Assembly: GCA_015680685.1 (NCBI GenBank)
Contig: MNCI01002989.1
Span: 715,706 to 779,705, forward strand
Source of the DNA: Gnetum montanum
Lineage: Eukaryota; Plantae; Gnetophyta
DNA length: 64,000 bases
Reading direction: 5' to 3'
Below the pieces are notes generated by a model that saw nothing but the letters and a program-made list of their open reading frames with translations, made no database searches and had not been told where the DNA came from. Position 1 is the first letter of the stretch. The number at the start of each line of letters is the position of its first letter. Positions 49,125 to 61,773 of this stretch are shown one piece after another. The position numbers and the translations under genes were made by a program.

Positions 49125-50145
49125 TGATGAATCATTAGTTGGCTGAGTTATCTGATAAAAAGTTAACTTTTTGGTTGGCTCTAATATCTTAGCCCTAATA
49201 TCTTGGCTCTGATATCTTAGCCTCGATATCTTAGCTCCAATAATAAGGCTTTGATAACAAGGCCTCGATAACAAGGCTCCAATAACAAGGCTCTAATAAT
49301 AAGGCCCTAATATCGGGTACCCAATATAAGCCTCGACATTAAGTACCCAATGTCAGAGCCTAGCACGCAATGTCAAATATTCGATATTAAGGGGTATGGG
49401 CCAGCCTATAAATATAGCTCTTAGCCACATGGCTTGCAAATAGTTTTTCATAGTTTTGCCAATAGAGTAGCTGAATTTTTGCAGTTTTATTCTGTAATCT
49501 TAGAGAATAGTCAGTGAGTACCCACAAAGTGGATCTAAGTTAGTTATATGAAGTCTTATTTGACTGGCAATGTACCTAGACATATTCCATGAGCGACAAT
49601 AAGATCGAGATTGATTCTTATTCATTGCAGAACTTTGACTTAGATTACATTTACTTTCCATGGAATTTACTTTTTATGTACTTAGTTAATATTTACATTT
49701 TCATGCATGTTAATTAATTAAGCACATAAGTACAATTGCTTCAAGCATGCGTATGACTCTTGGTAATCCCAGTAACACTTAACGTTTGATAACCTAGCAA
49801 CATTATATGTGTTCAAGATGTGCATGGGAAGTGGGATCAGATACTTATGTTAGGGTAGTTAATGATTAATTGGTAATTAGATTAGTTGAATTGATTATAA
49901 ATTGAGTTTCAATCTATTATTAATCATAGAAAAATAAAATATAAAATAAAAAAATCATATTCATCACCCTAGACTAAACCATACGTGACAAAGTGACCAC
50001 TAGTCCAAGTGGGAAGACAGTGAACTATGATTAATGCATAGCAATCTAGATGCCACAACTAGTCACACCCATGGAATTTGACCAAATCGTGCATGAATGC
50101 TTGTGATTCATATGGTTGGATGTAGGGGTACCTCGTTGCTCATCA
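49125..50145 (+). mobile_element. Athila-family solo LTR inserted in the integrase of element C (opposite orientation)
   Basis: TGATGAATC...CTCATCA with TSD ATAAT (49120-49124 and 50146-50150). Integrase sequence continues on both sides. Confidence 0.92.
49176..49316. repeat. 14-bp tandem repeat (about 10 copies) in the solo LTR U3
   Basis: tggctctaatatct / tagccctaatatct / tggctctgatatct / tagcctcgatatct / ... / aggcctcgataaca ... Confidence 0.9.
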
Positions 50146-53100
50146 ATAATGATCCCCATAAAGGCCCTCATGAGCATCTTGGAGAATGTGTAGTTGATCA
50201 TCATTAGGAACACACCATCAACCCAAGCCATCGATGCACATCTTGTAAAGGTATCCATTGATTTCTGTGAAGTTTTTAACCTGGTGAAGAAACTATTGTT
50301 TCTTCCTATTTTCCCACTCTTGTGGCATCTCCAAAGTGAGTAGGTAGGTAAGGATGCCATCATACCAATTATTTTCTTCGAGCTCTCATTTAGTAACAAC
50401 TCCAACAAAATGGAGTTCATAAGGAAATTCATCAAAAATTTGGCTTTCCTCCTCTTTGCTATCCCATATTAATTGAGACAAGTGGTCAGCTACCATGTTC
50501 TCAATCCCCTTTCTATCCATCATGGTTAGGTTGAACTCCTATAAGATTACTAGCCACCATATGACATGGGGGCTCACCATTGGTTTATTCATCAAGAACC
50601 TGATTGCACTATGGTCCATGTGCACGAATATGTTGTATCCAAGCACATAGTGACTAAATTTCTCTAAGGCATTCCTCACTATCATCGGTTCTTTCTCAGT
50701 GCTAATGTAGTTCAAATATGCACCCAAAATACTCTTGCTTGCACAATGGATGTAACAGGGATGTTTCTAATCATCCAACTATGTGAGTACAACTCCTAAG
50801 GCATAATTGGATGTGTTTGTCATGATGTGAAATGATCTAGACCAATTAGGTGCTTATAAAATCAGTGTTTTCACAAGCTTCTTCTTGAGCTATTAGAATG
50901 CATACTCGCATTTCTTGGTCCAGATGAATGAAGCATCCTTATTTGTTAGCTCCACTAATGATTTGATAATCTTAGAGAAGTTCTTAATGAAGCATTGGTA
51001 ATAGCCAGTGTGCCCAAGGAATGACCTCACATCTTTAACTATGTAACGTTGTCAGGTTATTCCTTGGATAACCCTTATTTTTTTAGGATCCACCTCAATT
51101 CCCTTCTATGATATTTTGTGCCCTAATATAACATCTTCCTGGATCATCAAGTGGCTTTTCTACTAGTTGAGCCTAAGATTTATCTCCACACACCTTTTCA
51201 GTACTTGCTAAAGATGGTCTAGGGCTTGCTCGAATGTAGCCCCATAGGTGGAGAAGTCATCCATAAAGACTTCCAGCCCACTACCAATTTATTATTCAAA
51301 AATGCTAGCAACAAGGCATTGGAAAGTTGTAGGGACATTGCATAGGCTGAACAACATCTTTCTTTATGCAAAGGTCCCCAAGAAACTTGTGAATGTGGTT
51401 TTGGGTTGATACTCTAGTGCTATCTAGATTTGGTTATAGCCACTATAACCATCTAGAAAGCTATAATAGCAATGCCTCGAAGATGTGTCTAGTACCTAGC
51501 CTACAAATGGCAAACAAAAATGATAATTGTATGTTGCCATATTCAATAGCCAAAAATCAATGTAAACCCTTTATTTTCTACCTTTCTTTGGCACTATCAT
51601 GAGTGGGCTAATCCACTTACTATTCACAATGGGATAGATGATCCCTACCTTGAGGAGTTTCTCAATCTCCTCTTTGAAAATCTACTTGAGTTTGGGATTT
51701 AGCCTCCATTGTGGCTATCTCTTTACTTCAATGGAGGAATTTGTGTAGATGTAATGCTAGCATATCTATGGGTCAATTCCTATCAATTCATGATATAACT
51801 AAGCAAAGGCTATTGGCCATTTTTTGACAACCTCCAACAACTTATTTTTATTGCATAGGTGCAAGATTAGCATTGATGATGATTGACTTTCCATTATTCA
51901 AAAAAGCATATTCCATTCTAGCTAGTAGAGTTTTCAAATCAAGGATCTCCTATTTGAATCTCTCAAAGATTTGCAACTCTTTCTAGTTGGTTTCATTAGG
52001 TTCATTATAGAGTTGGTGATGGACTTAGTCTAATGTGTCCATGCCCTCAACATAGAAACTTGTTAGGCTCTCAATCTATTTCAAGCATAGTAATGAACTT
52101 CTTTCTAGTTCAGCTATAAGCCACTAGGTGCCCTCCTACTTTGTGGCTACTACATATAAGCAACTTTGAATTTCTATGACATCTACATATTACCTACATG
52201 CTTTAAGTGTTATGCTTTTAATGGTTCAATATTTTTGCATGTAGTGGCACCCTATGTCATTGACATGATGCATGAAACATACTTCTTCTCTATCTTTTTG
52301 AATTCTTTCTCCTTAAAGATTTCCAAGGAGAGGTCTTTGATTCCCAATCATGCATCAATTGTACTTAACAAAGCTCTTTCCCTAATGATAGGAAAGTTTC
52401 CCTTGTAGTTATTCATGTAAATTACTAGGAAGTCAATAGGATATGACCACCTATAGATAGTGGTCATAATGTCCTTCACCAATCCCAAGGGGATAGTGAT
52501 GGACTAGTCCACTAACTCTAGACAAATGTTGCTATTCTTAAGAGGAGGTAGGTTCTAAGCTTTGTACATCTCATGTGAGATCAAATTGACACTAGAACTT
52601 GAGTCTAGAAGAGCTTTGTAAGGTTCATTCCATATAATTTGCAAGTAAATGAGGGGACTTCCAAGATCATATCTCTTCTTGGGAAGGTGGCTAGTCTTTA
52701 TCCAATTCGTAATTTCATGGATCAACATTACTGTGTGCACTTTGTGACGTCTTTGGTTGAAAGGGATCTTGAAGGATGTTACGAAGGAGGAACAAGAAGT
52801 AGGCTCAGCAATTAGGAGTGTTTGTATGGAATTGGTTGGACTGTTGGTTTTGAAAAAGGGTCTTTTTCAAGGCTTAGTATCAGAATGGCTAAGGATCTAA
52901 TGGTAAGTTCACAACCCTTGTGGCATTTTTATGCTATGGCTAGACTAGTATTTCACCTGATATGGATGGAGTGGGTGGTAATTAAGTTGAGGTGGAAAGT
53001 ACAGGTGTAGAAGGATGTGGAGGATAATAGGAAAATAAGGACTCCCCTCTTCAAGATTGTGCTCTATAATATTCAAAAGCGTAGTAGTGGTGTTGGAAAG

Positions 53101-55316
53101 AAGCATGACTAGAAGAATCACATGAAGAAATGGATTGTTAAACATAGTACTCATATGGATCTAGCTAACGATAAGGGTACCAGGACCTTGATGGTGGCAT
53201 TTCCCATGACTGTGGGTGTTGGCACTACCAATACTGCTTGTGAGGTTGAGATGGTACTCCATTTGGATAGCAGGCTTGTTGGTGGAACTACCTGTAGTTT
53301 CCTTGAGGATAAGGCAATCTCTTGGATGTTCATATTGGCATATGTCATACCCTTCATCATCTATTTCAAAATCCACAACCTCATTCCCTATTACAACTTT
53401 ACTCTTATCCTTCTAATGGGCATGTTCAACTTCATTCTTTCTCCTTCTATCACAACCACTACCTTGCTCTTTGGTGTCTTTGGTAATTCTAAGAGTAGTT
53501 TAGAACTTTTCATCCAAAGGGTCTCATAGTTTGTTAACCTTAGCTGATATTTTACAAATATATTTTTGTATTGACAAGGTTTTTCATTGCACTACCTCAT
53601 CAAGTGGTGCCTGCTCCTCATTGTCACAAAATTAGGCTTCCTTTTTGTGAATAGAATGGTCCTAATTATACTACTTTATACTTTCGCCTTTCCTTAGCTC
53701 ACCTTCTTATTTTGCCACTTGCTTAATTAGCCTTTGCATCTGATGGATCCTTAGCTCTAAATGCCTTCCTTGGGCATAGATCCCAAGGATTTTCCTTGTT
53801 TCTGTTTGGAGCCCATGTATGATATGGTGTAGTTGCTCCCTTTGAGAATAGCCATGGCCTGGGCATCGGTGCAACATAGAGTAATACCTACTCATGGCTA
53901 CATCTGAGGATTCATGTGTGCCTTGCTTCCAACCTTGGATTTTCCTTCTTAGGTTAGACACTTGAGAGTACATCTAATACTTGTCATTCAAGAGTTCAAG
54001 CATCATACTCCATTATCAAATCAATTCTAGTTCTAAGAACCAATAGTAGCTTTCAACCTGCTTGATGAGTATTCTTGAAATAGCCTTAATTTTTTCCATT
54101 CATTCTCAATGTTCTGTAAGACACATGCATCATGAAAGGCTTGAAGATGATTTTGTGGATCAAAATTATATCCCCCTTCTAAATTAGGGATATTATTCAT
54201 GTCCAATTATTTAATCTAATTTTCCTTCACATGCCTTCTTGGAATCCTTATAACCTCTGCAATGTTCAACATGTTTTTGGTAGCAAGAATAGGCTCAGCA
54301 TAGTCATGGCCTCTATGATGGCCATGATGCCTCCTATTGTCCATTCTTTCTCTATGATTGCCCACACCTCTAGTCTCTATTATTCTAGTGGGATCTATAG
54401 TCATCTCTATCCCAACAGTCACCACCATTGTAGCCTCTTCTTCTATGGCTTTTGTTAGAGTTGGATAAGAAAGATGATGAAGACAACAAAGGCAAAGAGG
54501 AAGGAGGGCTAGTACTAGAATAGTGCCTACTACTCCTTCTTCTTTGATTCCTACCATGATCACCATGTCTGTCATTATCATGGTGCTTGTTATTGTTCAT
54601 GCCTTAACTCCCTTCCTTTGAGATCCCATAGTCATGGGAATTGTTCTTCCCAAAACAAGGGTTATCTATAGTGGACTGTAGATGCTAGTTGAGAGCCTCC
54701 TCATTAAGGAGATGAAAAGAGTCAATGTGTTGGAAAGCTCCTAAGCAGGGGTCCTCCCCTTCCTTTTGGCTTAGCCAGAATAAGGGGTTTGTGAATTGTT
54801 TTCTTTTGATGCCTCATAGCAAGCTTCCATTTTCTAATCTTTCTTTTGCTTAGCCTTCATGGGATGATAATCCCAATAGGAATGATCTTGCACCTTGTAC
54901 TCAGCATTGAGTCCTACAACGCCCAATATCATAAGATTAAGGAGTAGCATCACAAGAATTAATCGACAACATGATGTTGCCCTCCATGTCTATCCACTAT
55001 AGTTGTTCATGTTGGTGTAGGATGAAGGTGAAATCTTGAATGTACTCATTTGGATGCATATAGACAATTCTACATTATTGAGGCAAGGATGGTTTTAGGC
55101 TTTCTTACCTTTGCTAATTGGAATCAAGCAAAGAGTGGTAGGGAGTTATCCCTATGAGAAAAAGCCATGTTAGTGCTTGGAAAATAGTGTTCTTTTAGTA
55201 TACTTTGTTATATTAATGATTTTAGCTTTTAAGTCCTTTACAATGTCATTTAGTGATTTGACTAGCTTCCTAGATAACACATGGTAGCTAACTAATGTCC
55301 CTGGAAATGGTGCCAA

Positions 55317-56182
55317 TGATGAGTGATGAGAAGTCCCCACATCCAACCATACAAATCATAAGCATTCACTAAGTGATCTAGCCAAATTCTACAAACTTTA
55401 GCTCTCTACATACACATTATCTAGGTAGTTAATCTTAAAGACATGATTGTTGCCTTCCCAGTTCCACTTGTGAGAGTACAAGAGTATGATTAAGCGTAAC
55501 TAAGGTACATGATTTGTATAACTTTTTATATTTTTATCTATTCCTCCTAAGTGTTAAATTAAAGTAATTAAATGCTTAATTAATCTAGAAATAATGCCTT
55601 AACTAATTCTAACATATGCATCCATTCCCACCTACCATACACTTCCTAAACACTTCTTAATACTACTGAGTTACCAAGTGTAAGCACTAATGGGATTACC
55701 AAGCATTAATGTATGCTTGAGATGGTCATACTTATGTGCATTAAGTAACCATAATTAATTAATTAATTAAATGCATAAAAGTAAATTTCATAATAGTAAA
55801 GTGCATTAAAGTAAATATTATGCTATGTCCAAGTGTTGCAAGGTTTATTAAGAAATCTTGTCTTTATTACCATTCACACTAAAGTGTCTAGGTACATCGG
55901 TGCTCGAATAAAGATCTGTACACTTCTCAACTCCCACTATGGGCACTTAGAAAATATTTTAACTCTCAAAAGAACAAAGTGCAAGAGCTTCGCTATGCTA
56001 ATAATGAATGAATTCCTTAAATGATGTAGGTACATGCATTTACATAGGCAAGACTAAACACTCCATTAACACATATGCATCAATGTATCAAATCATGTAT
56101 TGATAGGTACACATCAATGGGGATGCATTGATAGGCATGCATTGATCAAACCTCATCAACGTAGCCAAACAATGATTCATCA
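55317..56182 (-). repeat. 5' LTR of Athila C
   Basis: Matches 42425-43295 and is followed on the minus strand by PBS TGGCACCATTTCCAGGGA. Confidence 0.92.
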
Positions 56183-56689
56183 ATCATGCTAACATGGTAG
56201 AGTAAATTTAACAAGCCCTTGAAGAGTAGAAAAATAGATCTACAGCTAATTTTACTTAGCACCTTTTTTCTTTGAGCTAATGTGGTAGAGCTAATCAAGC
56301 GAGCTCTTCATAGAAAGAAAAAAACAACTCTACAAGTTAGTTCTATTTAGTGCTTTGATGATGTGGTAGAGCTATTATCTTTAGCCCTCCTTAGAATAAA
56401 ACTTCACTCTTCAAGCTAGTTTTATTTAGCACTTTTCCATTGAGTTAACATGGTAGAGCTATTTAAATGAGCTTTTATGGCTCTACAAGCTAGTTCTACT
56501 TTGTGCTTTCTTTTTTGGCTTACATGGTAGAGATAATTCTCATTCCTCTTGTATACCAAAATGGTTCTATAAGATAGCTCTACAAGATGAGCTAGAAAAA
56601 ACACTTTTGCATACACGATTTCTTAATACCATTTAGCTTCGTCCCATTAATATTATTTGCAAAAGGCTTTCTTGTACATGTAGTTAAGA

Positions 56690-56975
56690 CACTGATGTGG
56701 TAGATGAAGTAATGTTGATCTAGATGAAGAACGAAGCTTCATCTATTTATTGATGTGGTAGTGCTAACATGGCAATGCTAATGTGATGCTAACATGGTAG
56801 ATGAAGCAACATTAATCTATATAAAGAATTAAGCTTCATGTATTTTCTAATGTGATATTGCTAACATGAAAATTATGTTGTCACAATGTTGACATGGTAG
56901 ATGAAGCAACATTGATCTAGATGAAGAAATGAGCTTAATATTTTTTCTGATGTGGCGGTGCTTACATGACATGTA
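56690..56975. repeat. ~95-100-bp tandem repeat (3 copies) with decayed TGACGTGG(C) boxes
   Basis: Repeats of ACATGGTAGATGAAGCAACATTGATCTAGATGAAGAA..AGCTT with TGATGTGG / TAACATGG variants. Confidence 0.7.
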
Positions 56976-58734
56976 TGCTTGATCATTCTTCCCAAAACAA
57001 AGTGATGACTAAAGGTTAAAAAGCTAGGCCAACCATTTAAAAAGCTTTTGAACATGTGATTTTTTTAAAATGCAATTAGATAGAAAGCTTCATGATCTAA
57101 ATGCTTATGTAGTGAAGCTCATCTAGAGATAAAATTTCCATCTAGATTGAAATTTCAACTTCATCTAGATACTAACATGGCAAAAAAAGCACTTTTACTT
57201 CAAAGGAAACTTGTGAAATGAAAAGATCTAGTAAGAAGAAAAAACCACAACCAAGCTTAAAGTACAGAACATCTCAAAATACCTAATAATATCCTTCTTA
57301 TTGAAATTAGGTGAGCTCTTTAAAAAATCTAGAATATGAAAGAACATGAAAGAAACATATATAACCAAGCATACAGGAAAAGCTTAAAGATTAAGATTAG
57401 ATTTATCTAAAAAAAATCAAACTCATCATACAAATTATCTCAGCTCAAACATATAGATGCTAAATGGAGAACTTAGAAAGCTTAGAATAATACACATCAA
57501 GTTAAATAAGAGAATCATACAACCAATTAAAAAATAAGCAAATAATCATCATAACATGCCTCATACCAATTAATATTAGCAAATAATCATCATAACACAG
57601 CTCATACCAATCAAGCTTAACACAATTACATTCATCTACATAGCTCACCTTTAGTTAAAAAGTCAACAATACAACTTGCACTACAAACAATGCATATCAT
57701 AAAAATAGAGAAATTATCTTCATTTTTTTTGATAAAATAACTTATACACTTGATGAAATAGCTCATACATAATCACATCTAGAAAAACATAAAATGAAGC
57801 TTCCCTTGTCATCAAAAAAATTAAGCTCAAAACACAAAGGTGATAAAACAAATATAAAAGGAATAGAATAGATCAAATAGCTAAGTAGTGACTTAGAAAA
57901 CATCAAAGCTATGTATATTCATAAGATCTTTTGAATGAATCAAGAGGATTTTGGAGAGCTGAGAAGAGCAAAGGCTAAGAGAGATCAAGCATTGATGAAC
58001 ATTTGTGATAGAAAAGAGTATGAAAGAAATAGAGAAGAGTGGAATGTCCAAGATAAATTTATTAAAAGAATACAAGTGATTACAAGAGGTACAAGAGGTT
58101 ACAAGCAAATAACACGCAAAAATAGGCCATCATGAGATACAATAGGTAGAATGTAAGAACTCTATATTTTATGTTGTAGATTTCTACAAAGTTTGTAGTG
58201 TTCTAAGATGTCAAAGAGATAGAAGATCATGCAAGATTTCTTGTTAAATTCACAAGATCCATCAATGTCACATACTCATTTACATATAGAGATAAAGGTA
58301 AATAACACTAAAGATTACGTGAAAGTTTTTACGTTGCTTTGTAGGGATTTGATGATGTCTTGAACAAAATAAGGTTCTAGTGAGAAGCTTGACTTTATGG
58401 TTTTCTCCTCATCATTGTGGATTAAAATGGGGATTTCAACTAAGTAATCTTATGTGATCTTTCTTACTTCAAGATCAAGAGCAGTCAGCCATTTTAGGGC
58501 ATTAAGGCTAAATTGTTAAAAAGCTTACAAGCTCTTGGTTTAGAGATTCAAGGTCAACTTAGTTAAACAACATCACTAGAAGGATTTGCATAGGCTCAAA
58601 GTCTAGTTGAATTACTTCCTTATCTTGCTAGCTCAATCCTACATGTTAGCATAAGCACGTCAAGTGGCATCCACATGATAAAATTGTTAAACAATGTTAA
58701 AATAATGAAAAATACTATAATAATAAATAAAAAT

Positions 58735-58915
58735 AAGAAAAAATAAGGCAAATCAAGGAAAAATAAAGTAAAACAAGGCAAAATAACTCACAACAAGATA
58801 AAACTAGACAAAACAAGGTAGAATAAGGAAAAAACAAGGTAAAACAACAAGGGAAAATAAGGAAGAAACAATGTTAAAACAAGATCAACTAAGGCAAACA
58901 AGGTAAAAATAATGT
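58735..58915. repeat. A-rich ~10-11-bp degenerate tandem repeat (AAAACAAGGYA)
   Basis: Directly visible in the sequence. Confidence 0.65.
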
Positions 58916-59239
58916 AATAAATAATATTATTTGTTTTTTGGATCATTACATGGTCAAAATAGGAAAAATCCCATGAAAATAGGCTATAAATGGGTAAAAT
59001 AATAGGTTTTTATGTCAAGTAAGCTGAAAAAGATAAATCTTCCCAATCCCAGCATGTAAGAGCTAGTGTGATAGTGTGTGAACATCTTGAAGTATGGTGA
59101 TAGTGTATGGGACCTAGGTTGATAGCATGTGAGTACCCTAGGAGAGATTCTCAATGTGTGAGGCCTAATCTAGCAGTGTGTGAGCACTCAAGATCAAACT
59201 AATAGCATGTGAACTAGAAAAATCAAATCTCTCACCAAA

Positions 59240-59605
59240 AGCCAACATGTGAATTTAATTTCATTTTTCATTTCCTAGCTCCAACATGCGAGACTATGTA
59301 TGAAACTAATTTCATTTCTAATTTTCCACCTCTAGCATGTGAGACTATGTGTGAAACTAATTTTCCATCTCTAATGTATGAGACTGCATATGAAACTAAT
59401 TTCATTTTAAATTTCCCATCTCTAGCATGTGAGATGGCATCTGAAACTAATTTCATTTTTAATTTTCCACCTCTAATATGTGAGACTACATATGAAACTA
59501 ATTTCCCACCTCTAGCATGTGAGGCAGCATATGAAACTAATTTCTCACCGCCAACATGTGAGGTAGCATATGAAACTAATTTTCCACCTCCAATGTGTAA
59601 AACCC
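59240..59605. repeat. Satellite-like tandem repeat with mixed 39- and 51-bp units; dispersed relatives from ~59040 to ~60200
   Basis: TGAAACTAATTT(CATTTTTAATTT)CCCACCTCTAGCATGTGAGACT.CATA units; 13/17-aa periodicity in ORF 59296..59622. Confidence 0.9.
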
Positions 59606-61773
59606 ATGATGATTTTTCTTAGGTTCTATGGGGCACACTAGCCAATGTATGGGACTAGATGTACAATGTGTGGAACAAGAAAAATTAATTTAACAAGATA
59701 TGTCAACGTATGAGATTAATTTCATAGCTAATTTCCCATCCCTAATATGTGAGACCCTTAGTATTTTTCCCCATGATTGTGGGATCCATCTACTACAAAA
59801 ATTAACTATACTAATAGCTTGTGAGGCATAGAAACCCAAAATTGTCATCAAAACATAGTGTATGAACTTAATATACTCCTCTATTTCCTCTCCCTAGTGT
59901 ATGAGATAAGATGTAAACCCTGGGTTTTTTGCCCATGTTCTATGGGACCCACACGCCACCAAAATCATCCATATTTGTAGCATCCTAGTTAGCAAATTAA
60001 ATCTTCCACTAGAAGACAATGTGTAGATTTAATTTCATTTTTAATTTCCCATTCATAGCATGTGAAGGATAGTTCTTAGCATGGAAGGAAGAATATGCAT
60101 AGTGCACAAGGATTGGAAAGAAGATTTTTGCACCAAACCCTAGTGTATGAAGCTAATTTCAATTTTTAATTTCACTATTGTAGCATGTGAGAGCTAGACT
60201 AGTATCATAAAGCTCATTCACATAGCATATTAAAGTAAATTTGGCTTTTCCTACCTCTTGTGCTCAGCATGTTGGAGAAAAACTAGGGATTTTGAGCTTT
60301 TCTTTTTAGTAGTGAAATAAAAAACTCTTGAGGTTTGGCAACCATGAGGAAAAGGAATGAATTGACAAACAAAAATGTAGGACTAGAAGAGGCAAAGAAG
60401 GCTATAAGGATTTTATTAAGGCTTCTTAATTCATGTATGGATGAGAGATATTTATCAATGATCCCCAAGTACCGAATTTCCCTGCATTTTTCTTTGTTTT
60501 CCATCTTAGATTGGCTATGTTCTAGGTTTTTTCTAGCCGATGTGTGATAAGATTTCTGGGTTTCAATTGTGTAGAATTATTATTTAAGGCTTTTTGGTCA
60601 TCCTAGAATAAAACTAGATTTTTAAAATTTTTTATAGCAAAGATTTAGGTTTTTTCTTTGCCTAGTATACAGTATTATAGCTACTAGCAATATTTTCTAA
60701 GGTTTTGGATTTTTCCATGGCTAAACTAGAAACATTGGTAGGATTTTGACCACATATGATTAGCGTCTTGGCTCTTTGGGGAGGGTTGATGTAATGCAAA
60801 AAGGTTATAGACCATGTTTGTATTTTTTTTAGAATTTTTTTTAAATTTTTGAAACTTTTCTATAGTCAAGCAATTACAAAGCAGGGTTTTTTAACTAAAT
60901 TTTGATAAAAATTTATCTTTTCAAAGCACCTCTATGTGCAGCGATGTTGATGAATCTGGGTTGTTCTAGCCATGTTCACTACATCCATTGTCAAAAATAA
61001 ATTGTAAAAATTTTGTTATATTTTTCCTAGCCCTAGGGGCTTGTTCTGGTCAATTTGTGGTTGGAATGTAGGCTTTGCAATTTTTTTCTAACTTCTGTTA
61101 ATAACATTTTGGTGCTTGGGACTTTGATTGGGTATTGTGAAATTTTTCTAGCTTTGTTGTCAATGTGTTAATGCTTGGGGTCTACAAGGTCAATGTATGA
61201 CCCTCCTTGGAATGATAGAACAACGTCTAATGCATTTTGGTATTTTTTGTGAGGGTGAAAGGGGAGCATATAGACTCTTAGAATAAACAATTTACAACAT
61301 TTTGATCTGTTCTCCTTAATTCTAGTTTAAGTGGAATTCATAGTCATGTTCATGAATTTTAGCTAGCTTATAATTTGATTTTCCTTGTCAAAGCTGTTAA
61401 TTTTTTTATGATTTATTGGTTTTTGTGTTAATTCATGCTCTAAAGGTTTAATGTTTTGCTTATTTACAAGTTCCTAGTGAATGAAGATGGTGGCTCTAGC
61501 AACATTTCCTTCCTTTCATTTGTGACTTTTTTTGAAATTGTTAGTGCTAATGATGTGTTATCATCTTGGTTTTGTTATAGCTACTAGCTTGTTGCTACAT
61601 TTGTATCTTGAGAGATTATGTATCATCTACTTATATTTCATTATGTAATACTCATTATATTCATGGGCTACCTAGCCATGTTGGACATTCAAGATATTAG
61701 ATTTTGACTAGCTTAACACTACTGCTTGGTTACAAATTTTTAATTTTTTTTAATATTTTTCTATGTTTTATAT

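Larger units (their letters stand above)
48050..54230 (-). pseudogene. Athila C gag-pol, degenerate, interrupted by a solo LTR
   Basis: Gag (DPQNHLQAF; MLHRCPGHG), protease (KALLDSSSSVNLI), RT (EVFMDDFS at ~51250-51275), RNase H (NYISTEKE; DHSAIRFLMNK), integrase (WGIDFMG near 48945-48965; WEGPY near 48225-48240). Confidence 0.9.
42425..56182 (-). mobile_element. Full-length Athila-like element C (gag-pol plus env-like ORF), old and decayed
   Basis: LTRs TGATGAG...TTCATCA, TSD ATCAT (42420-42424 and 56183-56187), tRNA-Asp-type PBS at 55298-55315, PPT next to 43295. Confidence 0.93.
41271..57035 (-). mobile_element. Probable SIRE-like copia LTR (41271-42424 plus 56188-~57035) split by Athila C
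   Basis: Starts TAAAGGCACTAAGAGGAAAGAGGGTGAAT, resembling the reverse complement of the SIRE U5 end. The same CTCTACAAGCTAGTTCTA / AACATGGTAGAG repeats continue on both sides of the Athila TSD. Ends are uncertain. Confidence 0.4.

Noticed and set aside
57040-58660. Possible SIRE internal or env-like remnant
   Set aside because: Only weak PPT-like words and no recognisable protein motif.
59268-59622. Repetitive ORFs on both strands (ETNF.. repeats)
   Set aside because: By-product of 39/51-bp satellite units that are multiples of three.
60283-61760. Gene-like 5' region with short ORFs
   Set aside because: No recognisable protein motif or consistent exon structure.
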